A DNA stretch of 64,000 nucleotides, from positions 150,288,001 to 150,352,000 of the forward strand of contig NC_042999.1 in the NCBI RefSeq assembly GCF_006345805.1, written 5' to 3'. The notes beneath the pieces were generated by a model. That model saw nothing but the letters and a program-made list of their open reading frames with translations. It was not told the DNA's origin and ran no database searches. Within the stretch, counting starts at the first letter, position 1, and each line of letters starts with the position of its first letter. Below are positions 51,611-64,000 of this stretch, one piece after another. This DNA is from Octopus sinensis. Taxonomy: Eukaryota. Made by a program: the position numbers and the translations under genes.

Positions 51611-52390
51611 TTAAGCAAGGCTTGAACACATGAACTAAATTTCAAATCTGTTATTTATTCACTGTTCTGCAGTCCCTTAGGACAATGCATACTACTCAAA
51701 TAGAAAATTTGTTTACTAATAATTCTTAGGTATATTTTGACTTCAGTGTTGCCAAAACCATATTATATTCTTGGTACTAAAATTTACAACGTAAAAAGAA
51801 AAATAGCATATGATTCTCCATTTAAAAAAACAGCAGGGAACTTGCTGAAAGAGATTTAGTTACTAAGTTGAGGAACTTTCCAGAAGCTTTTATTTTGTTG
51901 GCTTGTGTGTAAGAAATGATGATCTTGATGATAATGATGATGCTGATGGCAACAGTGGTGGTAGTTAAGAAAAATATAGTACAACAATATAACTGTATCT
52001 TAAGATTCAAGTTTTTATTAGGTGGGAGTTAAGCTGTAACGTTATTTCTTTTTTTTTTCTTTTTTGGTGTGGTGGGTGGAGGGTTGAATATCCAGTGGCA
52101 GATATGTCTAAGTGATATTGATTTCTAATATAGGCATATAGCCTGAAAATGTCTATATTTGATTATATTCACCACTGTACTTATCTAGTATCTACTTTAT
52201 CAAACTACAAAGATCAAAGACAAAGTTGACTCTGAGAGAATTTGGGTTAAAAATGTTACTAAATGATGCAAGGCCTTTGGGCCTAGGCTCAAGTACACTG
52301 TCCAAATATGATATACCATTTGTAGTAGATTAGAAGTTATTATATTTGCACTGTCAGTTCAATGACTTGCAGTTACAGTTAGATAACATT

Positions 52391-52425
52391 CTACTAATGA
52401 GGTCCACTAGGGGTGAAACCTGCCC
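52391..52425 (+). ncRNA. Dead hammerhead relic, same family as 43824-43863
   Basis: CTA-CTAATGA-GGTCCACTAGGGGT-GAAAC. G5A and loss of the NUH triplet. 3' flank TTGTCCCCTGACTGCT resembles that of the 43.8-kb copy. Confidence 0.4.
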
Positions 52426-53604
52426 TGGTTTGTCCCCTGACTGCTCAAAAGTCATACTCATGCCCCATTGCATTTTTTGTTAGATTAATTTTAATTAAGA
52501 TTTCAGGGTTGTCTCCCTTAACTTTTTTGACCAGAACTATTCATTTAGGTGATTAACACATCTCTAAAATTGTAGATTTAATTAAAAATGTCATTGTTTG
52601 CTACATCAAGTACATTGGTTTTCACTTATATCTACTCAGCCATTTTTGTTGTTGGTTTGGGATTTTCTAGGTCTGTTTTTGTCCACTCCATCGCAGCATA
52701 TCACCCCTTGTTGTGTCTTTTGTCATCTCTTTTACAAAGTTCAGTGTTCTGAGTTCAACCTTCACCATCTCTTTCTCAACCTTCTTTTTCTGCAAGCCCA
52801 TTTCATTTGGATTGCATTTAATGTTAAATGTTAATATACCATCTCATATCCACAATTGAAGCTGTATTAAATTAAAATAGCCATCTATGTATACACTATT
52901 GATAGGCCAGTTGCTGCAATATTTGTCCTGAAATAACATGTCATGGACACACAGGGTTAAAAAGATACAAATATCGGAAACTGATGAAAATTAACCCCAG
53001 TAATGAAAAGTGAGAATACCAGAGGCATTTATACCTTTTGGGCTTTTTAAAGTGGCATATACTCACTGCTATCCACATGCTCAGGTGAAAATTCATCATT
53101 TCTGATATAGGAAAAAGGTGTTATAACATTCCCTGATGTTGCAAGTAGCTTCTCAGGTAAATAAAAACTTGGTATATGCAATTGAGACAATGTTAAATCA
53201 AAATAACCAGCTATAAATCATACTCAATGTATACACAGTCTGATATTTTTTGTGTTTTTAATACTGCAAGTCCTTAAGAGATATTATCTCAGGACATATA
53301 CTGCAGCAACAGGTCTATTGACAGTATGTATACATTAAGTATTATACACAGATGTGGGTTTGGATCTGTGGTAAGAAGTTTGCTTCTCAACCACATGGTT
53401 CTGGGTTCAGTCCTACTGCTTGGCACCTTGGGGAAGTGTCTTCTATATTGTAGCCTTCAACTGATCAAAGTGGATTTGGTGGATGAAAGTTGAAAGAAGC
53501 TCATATATGTACACATATATAAAAAATACCATTATTATTATTATTTACAGGATTGTAAAATGGGCACTGTAAAAAACAACCATTCACTCCGAAAGCATAT
53601 ATAT

Positions 53605-54170
53605 ATCATCATCATCATCATTTAGCGTCCATTCTCCATGCTAGCATGGGTTGGACGGTTCAACTGGGGTCTGTGAAGCTGGAAGGCTTCATCAGGCCCA
53701 GTCAGATCTGGCAGTGTTTCTACGGCTGGATGCCCTTCCTAACGCCAACCACTCCATGAGTGTAGTGGGTGCTTTTTACGTGCCACCCGCACAGGTGCCA
53801 GACAGAGCTGGCAAACGGCCATGAACGGATGGTGCTTTTACGTGTCACCGGCACGACGGGGGCCAGACAGAGCTGGCAAACGGCCACGAAACGGATGGTG
53901 CTTTTACGTGTCACCAGCACGGGGGCCAGGCGAGGCTGGCAACGGCCACGAACGGATGGTGCTTTTACATGCCACCGACACGGGGGCCAGACAGGGCTGG
54001 CAAACGGCCACGAACGGATGGTGCTTTTGCGTGTCACCGGCACGGGGGCCAGGCGAGGCTGGCAACGGACGCAACGGATGGTGCTTTTACATGTCACTAC
54101 ATGTCACCGACATGGGGGCCAGACAGGGCTGGCAAACGGCCACAAACGGATGGTGCTTTTACATGTCACC

Positions 54171-54172
<2 letters not shown>
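53605..54172 (-). mobile_element. Young RTE 3'UTR copy with expanded ~60-bp VNTR
   Basis: Tail and core at 53605-53770, then about 6.5 units of GGATGGTGCTTTTAC.TGTCACC...GCTGGCAAACGGCCACGAAC. Confidence 0.9.
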
Positions 54173-54210
<38 letters not shown>

Positions 54211-54217
54211 GTCTCCT

Positions 54218-54735
54218 CTCGTCTACCTTCGTATCTTCGCACCAGCTTGAAGTCTGTCCCCTCTAATACACGTGCTCTCTCTCTCTCTCTCTCTCTCTCA
54301 TTCATCTACAAGCTATAATCCCGAGCGCAGATAAGATAAGTTTGAATGCTTATTTTTCACTTCTCGACTGACCAATTCATTCATGTTTCTCTATCTATCT
54401 AACTATTTTATCAAATTTCTCTATTTATCTATATATCTATCTATTTTATCTAATTTTATTCATTTCTCCTCGTCTACCTTCGTATCTTCGCACCAGCTTG
54501 AAGTCTGTCCCCTCTAATACACATGTGCTCTCTCTCTCTCTCTCTCTCTCTCATTCATCTACAAGCTATAATCCCGAGTGCAGATAAGATAAGTTTGAAT
54601 GCTTATTTTTCACTTCTCGACTGACCGATTCATTCATGTTTCTCTATCTATCTAACTATTTTATCAAATTTCTCTATCTATCTATATATCTATCTATTTT
54701 ATCTAATTTTATTCATTTCTCTTCTCGTCTACCTA
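54218..54735. repeat. Tandem duplication of a ~253-bp unit of unknown origin
   Basis: CTCGTCTACC starts at 54218, 54469 and 54724. The two full copies differ by a few substitutions and in (CT)n length. Confidence 0.92.
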
Positions 54736-55966
54736 GCTCCCCAGACTCCGGTCGAAACCGTCCAACCCGTGCTAGCGCGGAAAACGGACGTTAATCGATG
54801 ATGATGATGTCTACATGTGTGTGTCTTTGCCCCTCAATTTCACTTGACAACCAGTGTTGGTGTGTTTGTGTCTCTGTAACTTAGCAATTTGGCAAAAGAG
54901 AGTAATAGAATAAGTACCAGAAAGAAAAAAGAAGAATTACTGGAGTTGATCCATTCAACTAAAATTCCTCCAAGTGGTGCTCCAGGATGGCTGCAGTCTA
55001 ATGAGCGAAATCAGCAAGCAGTGAATTGGAAGAGTCATCAGAGTATCGGATATAATGCCTTGTGCTGTTTAATTCTGACTCTGCTTTCTGAGATCAAATC
55101 TCACAAAGATCAACTTTGCCTTTCATTCTTCTGGGGTTGACAAACAGAAAAAAACTACTAATTCCAGGTAGTGAATGGTGGAATTGTTAGAGAGTCAGGC
55201 AAGATGTCTTGCAGTACATATTTTGGGTGTTTTCAGTCTGACAGCAACACCTGTAAAAATGCAGGTGCCAAGGTGCCAAGCTGTTCTGACTCCCAAATTG
55301 GTGGCCTTTCCATTGAATAAGCATTAGTGGCATGGAGAGGAATGACTTGCATATATGGGCAACTGCCAGTCTCCCTAAAAAAACATCTCATCTTAGCCTG
55401 CATGTACATTTGTAAAGAAATGGTCGTCCTAGATCGACAGAACCATCACTACCACAACCACCAGCAACAATACCACCACCACCAACACTATCACCTCTAC
55501 CGCCACCACCACCACCATTGTAACAAAGATTCTTGTAGATTACTTTACATCTTGTGTTTGCTTTTCTTATTTAAAGTTTACTCTTTACATCTCTTCAAAA
55601 AATATACATTTTTTTCATAAACAGTAACTTTCATCTAAATTTCATCTAAACCTATAATTAAGAAACCAGTCAAAGAGAGAAACCACTCTTGAAAAATGCA
55701 ATAAATAACCACATAATCAATATGTTATATGTAATAGCCAAACAAGCATCAAAGACGTGATAAATATATTGTTAACAAGAAAAGTTGCTTTTAGTATACT
55801 TTCATTGGCTTTAGTCAATAGGTGTTGGCATAGCTGAGTATTTGAGCAGTTTGCTTCTCATCCATATAGTTTTAGTTTCAGTTTCACTTTATGGCATCTT
55901 GGGCCAGTGTCTTCTATAGTTACTGAGCTGACGAAAGCTGTGTGAGTTTGGTAGATGGAAGCTTAA

Positions 55967-56187
55967 CCCTTTCGTTACCAACCCGGCTGAAACCGGCTCT
56001 GGCTCTGTAGTACAAATGTCTTGTTTTCATAAGTTTTGAATTAAAATCTTCCACCAAACCTTAGTCACAATTTATGCTCCTAACACAAGCTGAATCATAA
56101 CTAAGTTATTTTACTAAATTCTTTGTTATATTTAAAGTAATTGAAAGAAATACAGAACATCTCAAAATAAATACAGTAACGAAAGAG
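55967..56187. mobile_element. piggyBac-type MITE, subfamily 1, inserted in a SINE
   Basis: TTAA-CCCTTTCGTTAC...GTAACGAAAGAG-TTAA. It splits the SINE A motif GGAA..TTAA|AGAAGC. Confidence 0.9.
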
Positions 56188-56695
56188 TTAAAGAAGCTTA
56201 TTGTGTTTGTGTATGTGTCGTCATTAATTGATGTTTGTTTTCCATGCTGCTATGGGTTGGCTGATCTGACAGTTTGACAGGAGCTGCACCAGGTTCTGTT
56301 GTTTGTTTTGGTATGGTTTCTACTGCTGGATGCCCTTCCTAATACCAACCGCTTTACTAAGCATGCTGGATGCTTTTTACATGGAATCAGCACCAGTGCT
56401 CTTTAAGTCACATCATTGCACTCAGGATCGCGAGATTGTTTTCACTTCCTGGACCGAGTGGTGTGTTGTGTTCTTCAGCAAAACACTTCATCCCATGTTG
56501 CTCTGTGATCACTTTGACACCTGACATGTGGTAAACTGTTCACCTGTTCAGACAACACCAATTTGAGGGAGGGAGGGAGCTAATTTGGAGCACATCCATT
56601 TAATCATCAAATGAATCATTTGTGCAGGTTGTTCAACAGAAACTGACCGCTCATATTGTCTTCAATGAGAGATTCCATATGCATAGATGAAAATG

Positions 56696-56760
<65 letters not shown>

Positions 56761-56767
<7 letters not shown>

Positions 56768-58653
56768 GATATCATTATCATCATCGTTTAATGTCTGCTT
56801 TCCATGCATGCTCACATGGGCTGGACGATATGACTGAGGACTAGCAAACCAGATGGCTGCACCAGGCTCCAATCTGATCTGGCAGAGTTTCTACAGCTGG
56901 ATGCCCTTCCTAATGCCAACCACTCCGAGAGTGTAGTGGGTGCTTTTACGTGCCACCGGTATGAGGGCCAGTCAGGCGGTACTGGCAACAGTCATGCTCA
57001 AGTGGTGATTTTTACTTGTCATCTGCACAGGAGTGAGTCCTCACTGGAATTGAAAAAACTGGAGTCAACAAAAAGGATATATATATATTTTTTTAATCAC
57101 TACAGTTGTTTCCACACAACGTAGTTCTCCAGGTGTGCAGGTACTTGATTATTTGATTATACATAACACACAAACATACACACACATATATGTATATATA
57201 GTTATGGTATATTCTGTTAAGAATGCAGTAGAGTACAGCATAAAGCTCGTCCACCTTCAGATTTCACCCTTTGCTGTCCAGTAGCAGTATTTATACTTAC
57301 TTCCAGGTTTGTGTTTGGGCATCTGCCATGTGTGAATGGATAATTGGAAAAACATGGAGTCGACAAGAAGGAGTACTGTTGGACATTTATTTTTTCTAAT
57401 CACTACAGTTGTTTCCATGCATCGTTGCATGGAGAACCCCGTTATGTGGAAACAATTGTAGAGATTGTACTCCATCTGTACTCCTTCTTGTTGACTCCAA
57501 ATTTTTTGTGTAGCTGTGTGGTAAGTAGCTTGTTTACCAACCACATGGCTCTAGGTTCAGTCCCAGTGCATGGCACATTGGGCAAGTGTTTTCTACTATA
57601 GCCTCAGACTGACCAAAGCCTTGTGAGTGGATTTGGTAGACAGAAACTGAAAGAAGCCTGCTGTATGTATATATATATATATCATCATCATATATATATA
57701 TATATATTATATATATATATATATATATGTATATAGATATCATTATCATCATCGTTTAATGTCTGCTTTCCATGCATGCTCACATGGGCTGGACGATATG
57801 ACTGAGGACTAGCAAACCAGATGGCTGCACCAGGCTCCAATCTGATCTGGCAGAGTTTCTACAGCTGGATGCCCTTCCTAATGCCAACCACTCCGAGAGT
57901 GTAGTGGGTGCTTTTACGTGCCACCGGTATGAGGGCCAGTCAGGCGGTACTGGCAACAGTCATGCTCAAGTGGTGATTTTTACTTGTCATCTGCACAGGA
58001 GTGAGTCCTCACTGGAATTGAAAAAACTGGAGTCAACAAAAAGGATATATATATTTTTTTAATCACTACAGTTGTTTCCACACAACGTAGTTCTCCAGGT
58101 GTGCAGGTACTTGATTATTTGATTATACATAACACACAAACATACACACACATATATGTATATATAGTTATGGTATATTCTGTTAAGAATGCAGTAGAGT
58201 ACAGCATAAAGCTCGTCCACCTTCAGATTTCACCCTTTGCTGTGCAGTAGCAGTATTTATACTTACTTCCAGGTTTGTGTTTGGGCATCTGTCATGTGTG
58301 AATGGATAATTGGAAAAACATGGAGTCGACAAGAAGGAGTACTGTTGGACATTTATTTTTTCTAATCACTACAGTTGTTTCCATGCATCGTTGCATGGAG
58401 AACCCCGTTATGTGGAAACAATTGTAGAGATTGTACTCCATCTGTACTCCTTCTTGTTGACTCCAAATTTTTTGTGTAGCTGTGTGGTAAGTAGCTTGTT
58501 TACCAACCACATGGCTCTAGGTTCAGTCCCAGTGCATGGCACATTGGGCAAGTGTTTTCTACTATAGCCTCAGACTGACCAAAGCCTTGTGAGTGGATTT
58601 GGTAGACAGAAACTGAAAGAAGCCTGCTGTATGTATATATATATATATATCAT

Positions 58654-58685
<32 letters not shown>
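56761..58685. repeat. Near-perfect ~968-bp tandem duplication
   Basis: Copies start at 56761 and 57729. I find 2 substitutions and one 2-bp (TA) indel outside the bounding microsatellites. Confidence 0.95.
57355..57499. mobile_element. Palindromic MITE-like element (also at about 58321-58465)
   Basis: 22-bp inverted repeat 57355-76 / 57478-99 (1 mismatch) and inner 16-bp inverted repeat at about 57405-20 / 57446-61. Confidence 0.6.
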
Positions 58686-58688
<3 letters not shown>

Positions 58689-59361
58689 TACTCTTTTACT
58701 CATTTACTTGTTTCATCCATTTGACTGCGGCTATACTGTATATGTTTGTGTGTCTGTGTTTGTCGCCCCACCATTGCTTGACAACCGATGTTAGTGTGTT
58801 TACATCTCCATAACTTAGCAGTTCAGTAAAAGAGACCAATAGAATAAGTACTAGGCTTACAAAGAATAAGTACTGGGGTCAGTCTGTTCGACTAAAGGCA
58901 GTGCTCCAGCATGGCTGCAGTCAAATGACTGAAACAAATAAAAGAATGTATATGTATGTTTGTATGTATAATGTGAGTAGTCTTGTAGCTCCTCTTTAAT
59001 CAGAAGCCTGTACTGTTCTGGCCTCTTCTTTCTTACTTTAACCCTTCATCTAGCATTATGTCACTTCCCACTTTTCTGTAGCCTCATTCAGTCATGCACA
59101 TACACTCTTTTGTTCTTTACTTGTTTCAGTCATCAGACTGTGGCTATGCTGGGGGCACTGCTTTGAAATTTTAGTTGAATGAATTGACCCCTGGACTTAT
59201 TTTGTAAGCCTGGTACTTATTCCATCGGTCTCTTTTGCTGAATTGCTAAGTTGTGGGGATGTAAAGTTATGGGGATATATATATGTATATATATGTGTGT
59301 GTATATATATGTGTGTGTGTGTATGTATATATATATATGTGTGTGTATATATGTATATATA

Positions 59362-59399
<38 letters not shown>

Positions 59400-59565
59400 A
59401 CTACACTCACGGAGTGGTTGGCGTTAGGAAGGGCATCCAGCTGTAGAAACATTGCCAGATAAGACTGGAGCCTGGTGCAGCCTTCTGGCTTCCCAGATCC
59501 CCGGTCGAACCGTCCAACCCATGCTAGCATGGAGAATGGACGTTAAACGATGATGATGATGATGA
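59400..59565 (+). mobile_element. Short RTE tail inserted in a (TA/TG)n array
   Basis: GGTTGGCGTTAGGAAGGGCATCCAGCTGTAGAAAC...CCATGCTAGCATGG...(GAT)n, flanked on both sides by microsatellite. Confidence 0.9.
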
Positions 59566-59578
59566 TATATTATGTGTG

Positions 59579-59628
<50 letters not shown>

Positions 59629-61056
59629 CACACATGCAGATTGTGTTGTAAGGTATTTTGCTCAACTCAGTGAAAAACTAAGCTTCTTACTCTTCAAGTT
59701 CAGTCTTTATACCTTTAAACTTTTATGTGCATCATGTCTAGCCTATGTCATCTTTAATACCTCCCTGTCAGCTGCACTACTGATTAGCATAGACCAACAT
59801 TTCCTCTGGCATTAAAGTTTATATCTGTAGGCCTAACACACCGCCCAGTTTAATTTCACCACCTGTTCATTAATACCTTTAGTTGAGTACATTGTATTGC
59901 AAGCATTTAAAGCCACACCTTTTGGTTCATTCCTGCCCTTGTTTCTCTTGCAGATGTTTTAGTTGTATCAATCTCTCAAGTCCAGATTTTTTTCTGCAAA
60001 TATCATAGATACTTCTCCTTTTTTTCATGACTAATTTTTTTTCTCCTGCATAGCAGATCAGATGAAGAGTCACTGTGACTGAGCAGACATGGGTTTGACA
60101 GCCTCTTGGCTGTTGCACAGGCAGAATGTAAATGAATGTAACTAAACATTACATGCTATTTTGTCTGGCACCATTTCAGTTCTGCTATCCATCACAATAA
60201 TAACTACTTATATTCTCTGTCTCAAAACTCTTCTCTAATCAAGCAGTCTTCATTACTACTTTGCCTAATAACCTATTAATACATCAAAGCTAAATGACCC
60301 TTTTAGATGTTATTAGTCTGAGAAGGTTCCTTTGTCATCAGCTCTTCAGTTTGTTCATATAAGCTTTTTTTTCTTTTTTTCACTAATGATGCATTCCTTG
60401 AAGTTTCGACTAATTTGGCAGTATTTCAAATTTATGTCTAGATCAATTAAAACGATTCCGTCAATGCTAAGTTCATTCTTATAACATACAATTTTAACTC
60501 CTTTTGCATTTCATTTTAATTTTCACACATTGAACAATTATCTCGTCTCTTGAAAAGAAAAAATGGAGAACTACTACACTCCCCTTCTCTTAGAAAAACA
60601 AAACAAAATTATATGGTATGGTGAGCACTATATTCTCACAACTGTATTCTCTCTACTGGGTATTTTCTATTGAATTGCCTCCAAAACTAACTTATAGCTA
60701 AGTAGAAATGAGGGCTTCATGCAAAGAAACAGTGTAGTTCTTGTTATTGTGTAGAAACTCCTGTCCTGCAAAATGAAACAATAAGAAATGAGAGCTGAAA
60801 TTCTGGCCCTTTTAGTCATCATCTTCAGTGAACGAACATACTCTAATTCTAAGCATATTTTCTGGGTTTTTTTTTATATGAATTCTTCATTCAAGATGAT
60901 TCTTTTCTTCAAAAGTATAAAACAACTCACTATTCAGTTTATTTATCACTTCAGGTCTTTATGTCAGTGACCGTTTTCTGAATAAATAAAATGTGTGTAA
61001 ACAAACTAATAGAGGTTACATTTACATACAAGGAAGTTTTACACTTCATTCTAGAT

Positions 61057-61225
61057 CAGTGGTTCCCAAACCTTTTATTTAAATGAGTTTCCCCATGGAT
61101 CCCTCTTAATATGCTTATCCTTATATATATATACATATATGAAATTTTGAATTTAGTTCATGGACCCCCAGTACTACCTTTGCAGACCACAAGGGGGTCT
61201 GCAGGCCCCAGGTTGGGAACCACTG
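61057..61225. mobile_element. hAT (Charlie-like) MITE with perfect 8-bp TSD
   Basis: TIRs CAGTGGTTCCCAA / TTGGGAACCACTG. TSD TTCTAGAT at 61049-56 and 61226-33 matches the NTCTAGAN preference of Charlie-type hATs. Confidence 0.92.
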
Positions 61226-62819
61226 TTCTAGATCATTCTGTGAAAATAGTACCAACAGAATATAAACTTCCAACCGAGAGTATTACAAAAGTTTTCCCTA
61301 AAGAATTACTGTTATTTACCATTATACATCCATCCAGTGACCTCTTCTGCAACCTTAATATTCTTAGTATTGCCAAAATAAGATTGTAAATTGTTATAGT
61401 TGTTAACATGCCAGATGACCTGCCTTGTGGTATTTACTGCAGTACTTTGCATTCTGAGTTCAAATCCTACCAAGGTCAACTTTGCCTTTCACCCAGTGTA
61501 AAGCAGTAGATTGGCAGATATGATGACTCCCAGTATTTCTTCTAGCTCTTTGTGTTCTGAGTTCAAATCCTAATATAACCTTTTGGGACAGTGGAGTTAA
61601 TTTGTCAGCTGGTTTAACACGACTACCTGGTCCTTGGTGCCTTTATGAGAGTCTACTTTATTGCAAGTATTTGAATCAGGTCCCCAGTTGAAGAATGCCT
61701 TTCTGTCTCCTCATTCCCACTAATTTAAATGTCCAGTAAAGTATCATAGGCACTGCATTTTCTCCTGACTAAAAGTTAAAAAGATTTTATCTGAGAGCCT
61801 GAGCTAAAGTTTGTATTAGTCCTTAGATATTACTGACATTCTGCAAGGTCCAAATATGATCCAAAAGGAAATATATCTTCCATTCTGCTGGTTTACCTAA
61901 AAATGCATTTAAGAGAAAGTTATTTACTTAATCCCTAATTGTGTTATACTTTTATCAATTGAACCCTTCATAAATATAGAGAATTTAAATATTTAAAGCT
62001 CTTATTGAGACCCTGGTCAGCCATATAAAGCAGACCTATAATCAAACATTCTCAAATATTTTTTACTTTCATTTTATTTTCAAAGTCTGTCTTGACCTAC
62101 ATTATACAATGCATTCCCGTTTTAGGTTTGATGATTACCAATTAACAAAGTTGATCAAAGTGATGAAACCTACGGTTAAATACAATATGTGGACTTGTAA
62201 TTGTTATAAATTATATTATACTGGGACAAAGGAGTTGTTGCATGTGAGAGAAAGACTACGTAGAGATACTTTATATGTATTATCTAATTCAGGGTTTTGT
62301 GTTCAAATCTTACAATGATCAAATTATAAGGTGAAAATCCTGATCCAATATTGTGCCTCTTACAGGAAAAATATTTCCTTCACCAAATTAACTAGTCCTC
62401 TTCAGACCAAACAAGTTGCTAAATGCATCTGATTCAATACTTTTGTCTCTCTTCCTCTTTATATTTTCTCTCTTTTCTTGTGGGTTTTCATCAAAGATGA
62501 GCTAACATTCCTAATTCTGAAGGACCATTTCTGTTGAATTTCACATATTGAATACTTTTAGAGATTATGAATCATCAAAAGCTGCTTAACTATTTTCCTC
62601 CTGGACTGTGGTGATGGGTAAAAGATGAGGTGATATATTTTAATGAGGTGATGTATTTTATTTTTCCCCCGAGAAAGGAAAACCTATCACAAATTCTCAT
62701 TTTCTCTGCTCTATAGATTTGGGGCTTTGTGTTCATATAAATACAAACATAATATAAAACAAAAAATATATATATTATGTAATGATAATGGTATAGAGCA
62801 TCGAACTAATTACTTTACA

Positions 62820-64000
62820 ATGTGTGATTTCCTCATTTTGACGTCCCGGTATTGACATCACTTATCATCCTTCCGGGTTCGATAAGTACCAGTGAATTAA
62901 CGAGGTTGATATAACCGACTACATCTCCCAACTGAAATGTGGATTCGTTATCTATGTTAGAAATTATTCATTAGGGTAGTGATGAAGATGTCACTTGTAA
63001 TAGAAGCAGTATTTAGTGATACTTTAGATACAGTATCTAATTCTGGATCTTGTGTTTTTGCGTTCAAACCTTGCTATAGTCGACTTATGTGCTGATACAC
63101 GAGCTCGATAAAATAAATTATCAGCATCAGTACCTTTTTTTTTTTTTTAAACCAAAAAGGTGCTTGGTCTTAAGTAAAAGAAATTAGTATCATTATAGTT
63201 TTTAGCAGTCGAAGCATCAAGTTTTTAGCAACAGTAATAGAGCAGAACAGCACATCATCATACGGTATTAGCAACAGCAGCTGTAGTAATAGCAACAGCA
63301 ACTGTAATATTAGCAACAGTAGCAGATATCGTTGTGCAATGCAAACTATAAACCGCTTCTGTTCCCAGAAGCCGTTAGTAATCGACTGTCTGCACATTAT
63401 TTATGTTAATGAGAGCAGCGAACGTCAGCAAGCTAACGCGCATGCTCAATCTCATGCCAATATCTACGGGGCTGCGTCTTTGAAAAGCAAGGGCACCGCA
63501 CCCTGGTAAAGCGGATAGCGACCGGGAAAAAAAATAATAATAATAATTTCTTATAATTTACATTGAAATTCATGCTACATGAACAGGAAATAGGAACGTA
63601 CAGTTAACGTGCTTTATAGTGTTCAAAAAAATCGGTGGATTTCTTTATATACTATTGTTTAATTAAGGGTAAGTATGAAGACAGTATGTCTTTCCATAAC
63701 GTCGTGTGGATTTTCCTATTGAATGATCTCTTTTCGCCTTTTTGTTGTTTTATTTATCATAATTTGGAGCCGATCACCTTCCTTGTATCTTTTGTTGTTT
63801 CATTACTAAATTGTTACGTTCTTACACCATTAAATGCATGATTGAAATGTGCATTTCGGTGTCCACTTAGCTTTCAAATTCCTCTTCATATCTGTATGTA
63901 TGTATATATATGTGTATATATCTGATAGAATATGGTTGCCGATAATGCATCAGATGACACACTATACGGGCTGTCTAATCTTGATAATGAATAATTTCCT
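62820..64000. promoter_or_regulatory. CpG-retaining, putative unmethylated promoter region
   Basis: About 38 CpG in the last 1.18 kb versus about 6 in the preceding 1.2 kb (hand count). GCGCATGC (NRF1-like) at 63438-45 and CCAAT at 63457-61. Confidence 0.55.
63264..63397 (-). CDS. Candidate first coding exon with signal-peptide/anchor-like poly-Leu
   Basis: MCRQSITNGFWEQKRFIVCIAQRYLLLLLILQLLLLLLQLLLLI(P), A at -3, possible CC|GTATGA donor, and a position just downstream of the promoter-like motifs. Confidence 0.25.

Noticed and set aside
57307-57348. VCVWASAMCEWIIG resembling the DRAM/TMEM150 SAxCEW motif
   Set aside because: It runs straight into a MITE with no donor, and no other exons of that family were found.

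Overview
AT-rich, repeat-saturated animal DNA that looks like an Octopus (cephalopod) genome. This call rests on recognising the tRNA-headed SINEs and RTE tails from memory, not on a database search. I cannot confidently identify any protein-coding gene. Nearly all ORFs in the supplied track are read-throughs of (TA)n/(TG)n microsatellites or of repeats. The window is most likely a long intron or intergenic stretch. It contains three SINE families, many 5'-truncated RTE LINE tails, one decayed but nearly end-to-end RTE ORF (34.7-36.8 kb), a CR1-group LINE fragment, piggyBac-type and hAT-type MITEs, two Helentron-like non-autonomous elements, Penelope-like ends and a 2.8-kb compound microsatellite. 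The most notable observations are: (1) minimal hammerhead-ribozyme motifs, including an oppositely oriented pair flanking one (TA)n tract at 27.1/27.4 kb; (2) a young ~335-bp tandem array built from an RTE 3'UTR with identical chimeric junctions; (3) a structured 3' core shared by two retroposon families; (4) several local tandem duplications bounded by (TA)n tracts; and (5) a CpG-rich, promoter-like zone at the right end with a candidate signal-peptide first exon. All exon calls are low-confidence hypotheses. Identity and CpG figures are hand counts.
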